Below, one piece after another: positions 22,726 to 24,000 of a stretch of 24,000 bases of DNA (position 1 is its first letter; each line of letters opens with the position of its first letter). The position numbers were made by a program, and so were the translations under genes. Origin of the DNA: Phycisphaerales bacterium (GTDB taxonomy: Bacteria > Planctomycetota > Phycisphaerae > UBA1845 > Fen-1342); contig JALHJL010000002.1 in assembly GCA_022839625.1 (NCBI GenBank), positions 16,964-40,963 on the forward strand, read 5' to 3'. The notes beneath the pieces are model-generated. The model was not told the DNA's origin. It ran no database searches and saw nothing but the letters and a program-made list of their open reading frames with translations.

Positions 22726-23949
22726 TCATACCTCCTGAAGCGTCGCACACGGGTCGAGCCGTGCGGCCCGCCGGGCGGGAAAGTAACTTGCTACCAGCGC
22801 GATCACGACCGAGATGCCGATGGCCCACACAACCAGCACGGGCATGGGTAGCACTGGAATGCCGGCCAAACGCGGCCCCAGGGCTACCGCCAGCACCGTG
22901 CCAAGAATATAGCCGCAGACGCCGCCGGCCAGACCCAGCAACAGCGCCTTCAGCAGGAACATCTTCAGGATCACGCCCGAGCCGGCGCCGAGGGCCATCA
23001 GGGTACCGATCTCACGTCGCCGCTCGTACACGTTTGCGTACATGTAGTTCGCGATACTCGCGCCGCCGACGAGCACGATGATCCCCAGGAAGATCAGCGA
23101 CAGGCGGGCCATCATGCCGTTGGTCTTGACCTGCGTGTCCACCACCTGCGTGACGGTGACGACCTTCGCGTCGGGCAGGAGCTTGTTGATCTTCTGCACG
23201 AGCCCGCCGGAGATCTCCTTGCAGCAGCCGACGATCTCGATGGCGTTGATGACCGGGCCTTTGCCGGCCATGTCCTGCACGGCGTGGAGATGGGCGAAGA
23301 TGCGCGAATCATCGACCGTGCCGGTCTGTGGCAGGACCGCGGTGACCGTGAAAGTACGGCCGAGTACGTCCAGGCTGTCACCCTCCTTGGTCCCGAGGAG
23401 CGTGGCCACGTCGGCGCCGATGAGCGCTTCAGTGTCGCTCAAATCCTCGATCACGCGCTGGCGGACCAATGTCTCCTTCGCCGTGGGCCGCAACGCGCCC
23501 GGCACGTCCGCGACCGTCCCGCAGCCCTCGGCGGGCCGCGCGAAAATCCCGGCGCCGGACCACATCGCCTTGGCCTGGAACTCGCTCTTGGGCAGGATGC
23601 CGGTCAGCGTGAAACTACGGTCTTTCAGCTTCACGGGCAACGACAACTTCGGCGATAGATTGTCGAGCCCCTGGATGTCGGACAGCGCCAGACGCTGCAC
23701 GTATTCCTCAGGGAACTCGTCATTCTGCATGTCGGCGCTGTAGTAGTCCTGGAGCGACACCGACTTGGGCAGGATCAGGACATTGGCGCCGAGCGCATCG
23801 AGCTGCGCGGCGACCGCCTTCTCCGAGAAAAAGGTGATGTTCTTGATCGAGACGACGACGGCAATACCCAGCAGAATCGCCAGGAAGCTCGTGGCAAGCT
23901 GGTTCTTGCGCTCGAACATCTCGCGCCAGACTAGCTTTCGCAAATGCAT
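22726..23949 (-). CDS. ABC transporter permease, FtsX/MacB type (TM1, ~250-aa periplasmic domain, three C-terminal TM helices)
   Basis: - N-terminus LRKLVWREMFERKNQLATSFLAILLGIAVVV.
- FtsX-domain hallmark YERRREIGTLMALGAG.
- C-terminal PARRAARLDP.
- ATG 23949 is preceded by AGAGGT at 6 nt. Confidence 0.85.
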   Translation of the reverse strand: MHLRKLVWREMFERKNQLATSFLAILLGIAVVVSIKNITFFSEKAVAAQLDALGANVLILPKSVSLQDYYSADMQNDEFPEEYVQRLALSDIQGLDNLSPKLSLPVKLKDRSFTLTGILPKSEFQAKAMWSGAGIFARPAEGCGTVADVPGALRPTAKETLVRQRVIEDLSDTEALIGADVATLLGTKEGDSLDVLGRTFTVTAVLPQTGTVDDSRIFAHLHAVQDMAGKGPVINAIEIVGCCKEISGGLVQKINKLLPDAKVVTVTQVVDTQVKTNGMMARLSLIFLGIIVLVGGASIANYMYANVYERRREIGTLMALGAGSGVILKMFLLKALLLGLAGGVCGYILGTVLAVALGPRLAGIPVLPMPVLVVWAIGISVVIALVASYFPARRAARLDPCATLQEV

Positions 23950-24000
23950 GGAAATACCTCTGAATTACGGTTTCTTGGGGGCCGGGCCACAGGCTCCCGG

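Noticed and set aside
1-24000. A scan of the whole window for CRISPR arrays, IS elements and inverted terminal repeats, integrase/recombinase genes, toxin-antitoxin pairs and known defence-system signatures.
   Set aside because: I found no regularly spaced repeats, no transposase, integrase or nuclease-like ORFs, and no tRNA gene that could serve as an integration site. Gene content and the tight coupling between genes fit core chromosome and not an accessory island.

Overview
The window is very GC-rich and looks like ordinary chromosomal DNA made up mostly of housekeeping genes. I found no rRNA or tRNA genes, CRISPR arrays, transposases, integrases or other mobile-element signatures. I call 20 protein-coding genes.

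- **1-5252, minus strand:** a five-gene signalling operon whose genes overlap start-to-stop. The order is sensor histidine kinase, single-domain response regulator, HD-GYP c-di-GMP phosphodiesterase, membrane GAF plus degenerate GGDEF protein, then a STAS-domain gene that runs off the left edge.
- **5493-8210, minus strand:** a 905-aa O-antigen-ligase-like (Wzy_C) polytopic protein with a long helical-repeat tail.
- **8484-12678, plus strand:** a fragment of the division/cell-wall (dcw) cluster, murC-murB-ddl-ftsQ. It is followed by two polytopic membrane proteins that may be paralogs, not by ftsA/ftsZ.
- **14779-19446, plus strand:** thrS, then infC (probably with a non-canonical start and a Pro/Ala-rich tail), then a stand-alone larC, then a small TM/coiled-coil/HTH-like protein.
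- **19459-21273, minus strand:** a 604-aa membrane-anchored coiled-coil protein.
- **21428-23949, minus strand:** a three-gene module of FtsX/MacB-type permease, ABC ATPase and a Cys-rich lipoprotein.

Three sigma70-like promoter candidates sit in the few AT-richer intergenic islands.

Most other long ORFs in the six-frame track are antisense or out-of-frame artefacts of the GC bias. All family assignments come from motifs recognised by eye, with no database search. A Planctomycetota-like (FtsZ-less) origin is only a guess.

I see no clear-cut novel system. The most checkable leads are the dcw cluster ending in unknown membrane proteins, the c-di-GMP/STAS operon, and the ABC plus Cys-rich lipoprotein module.
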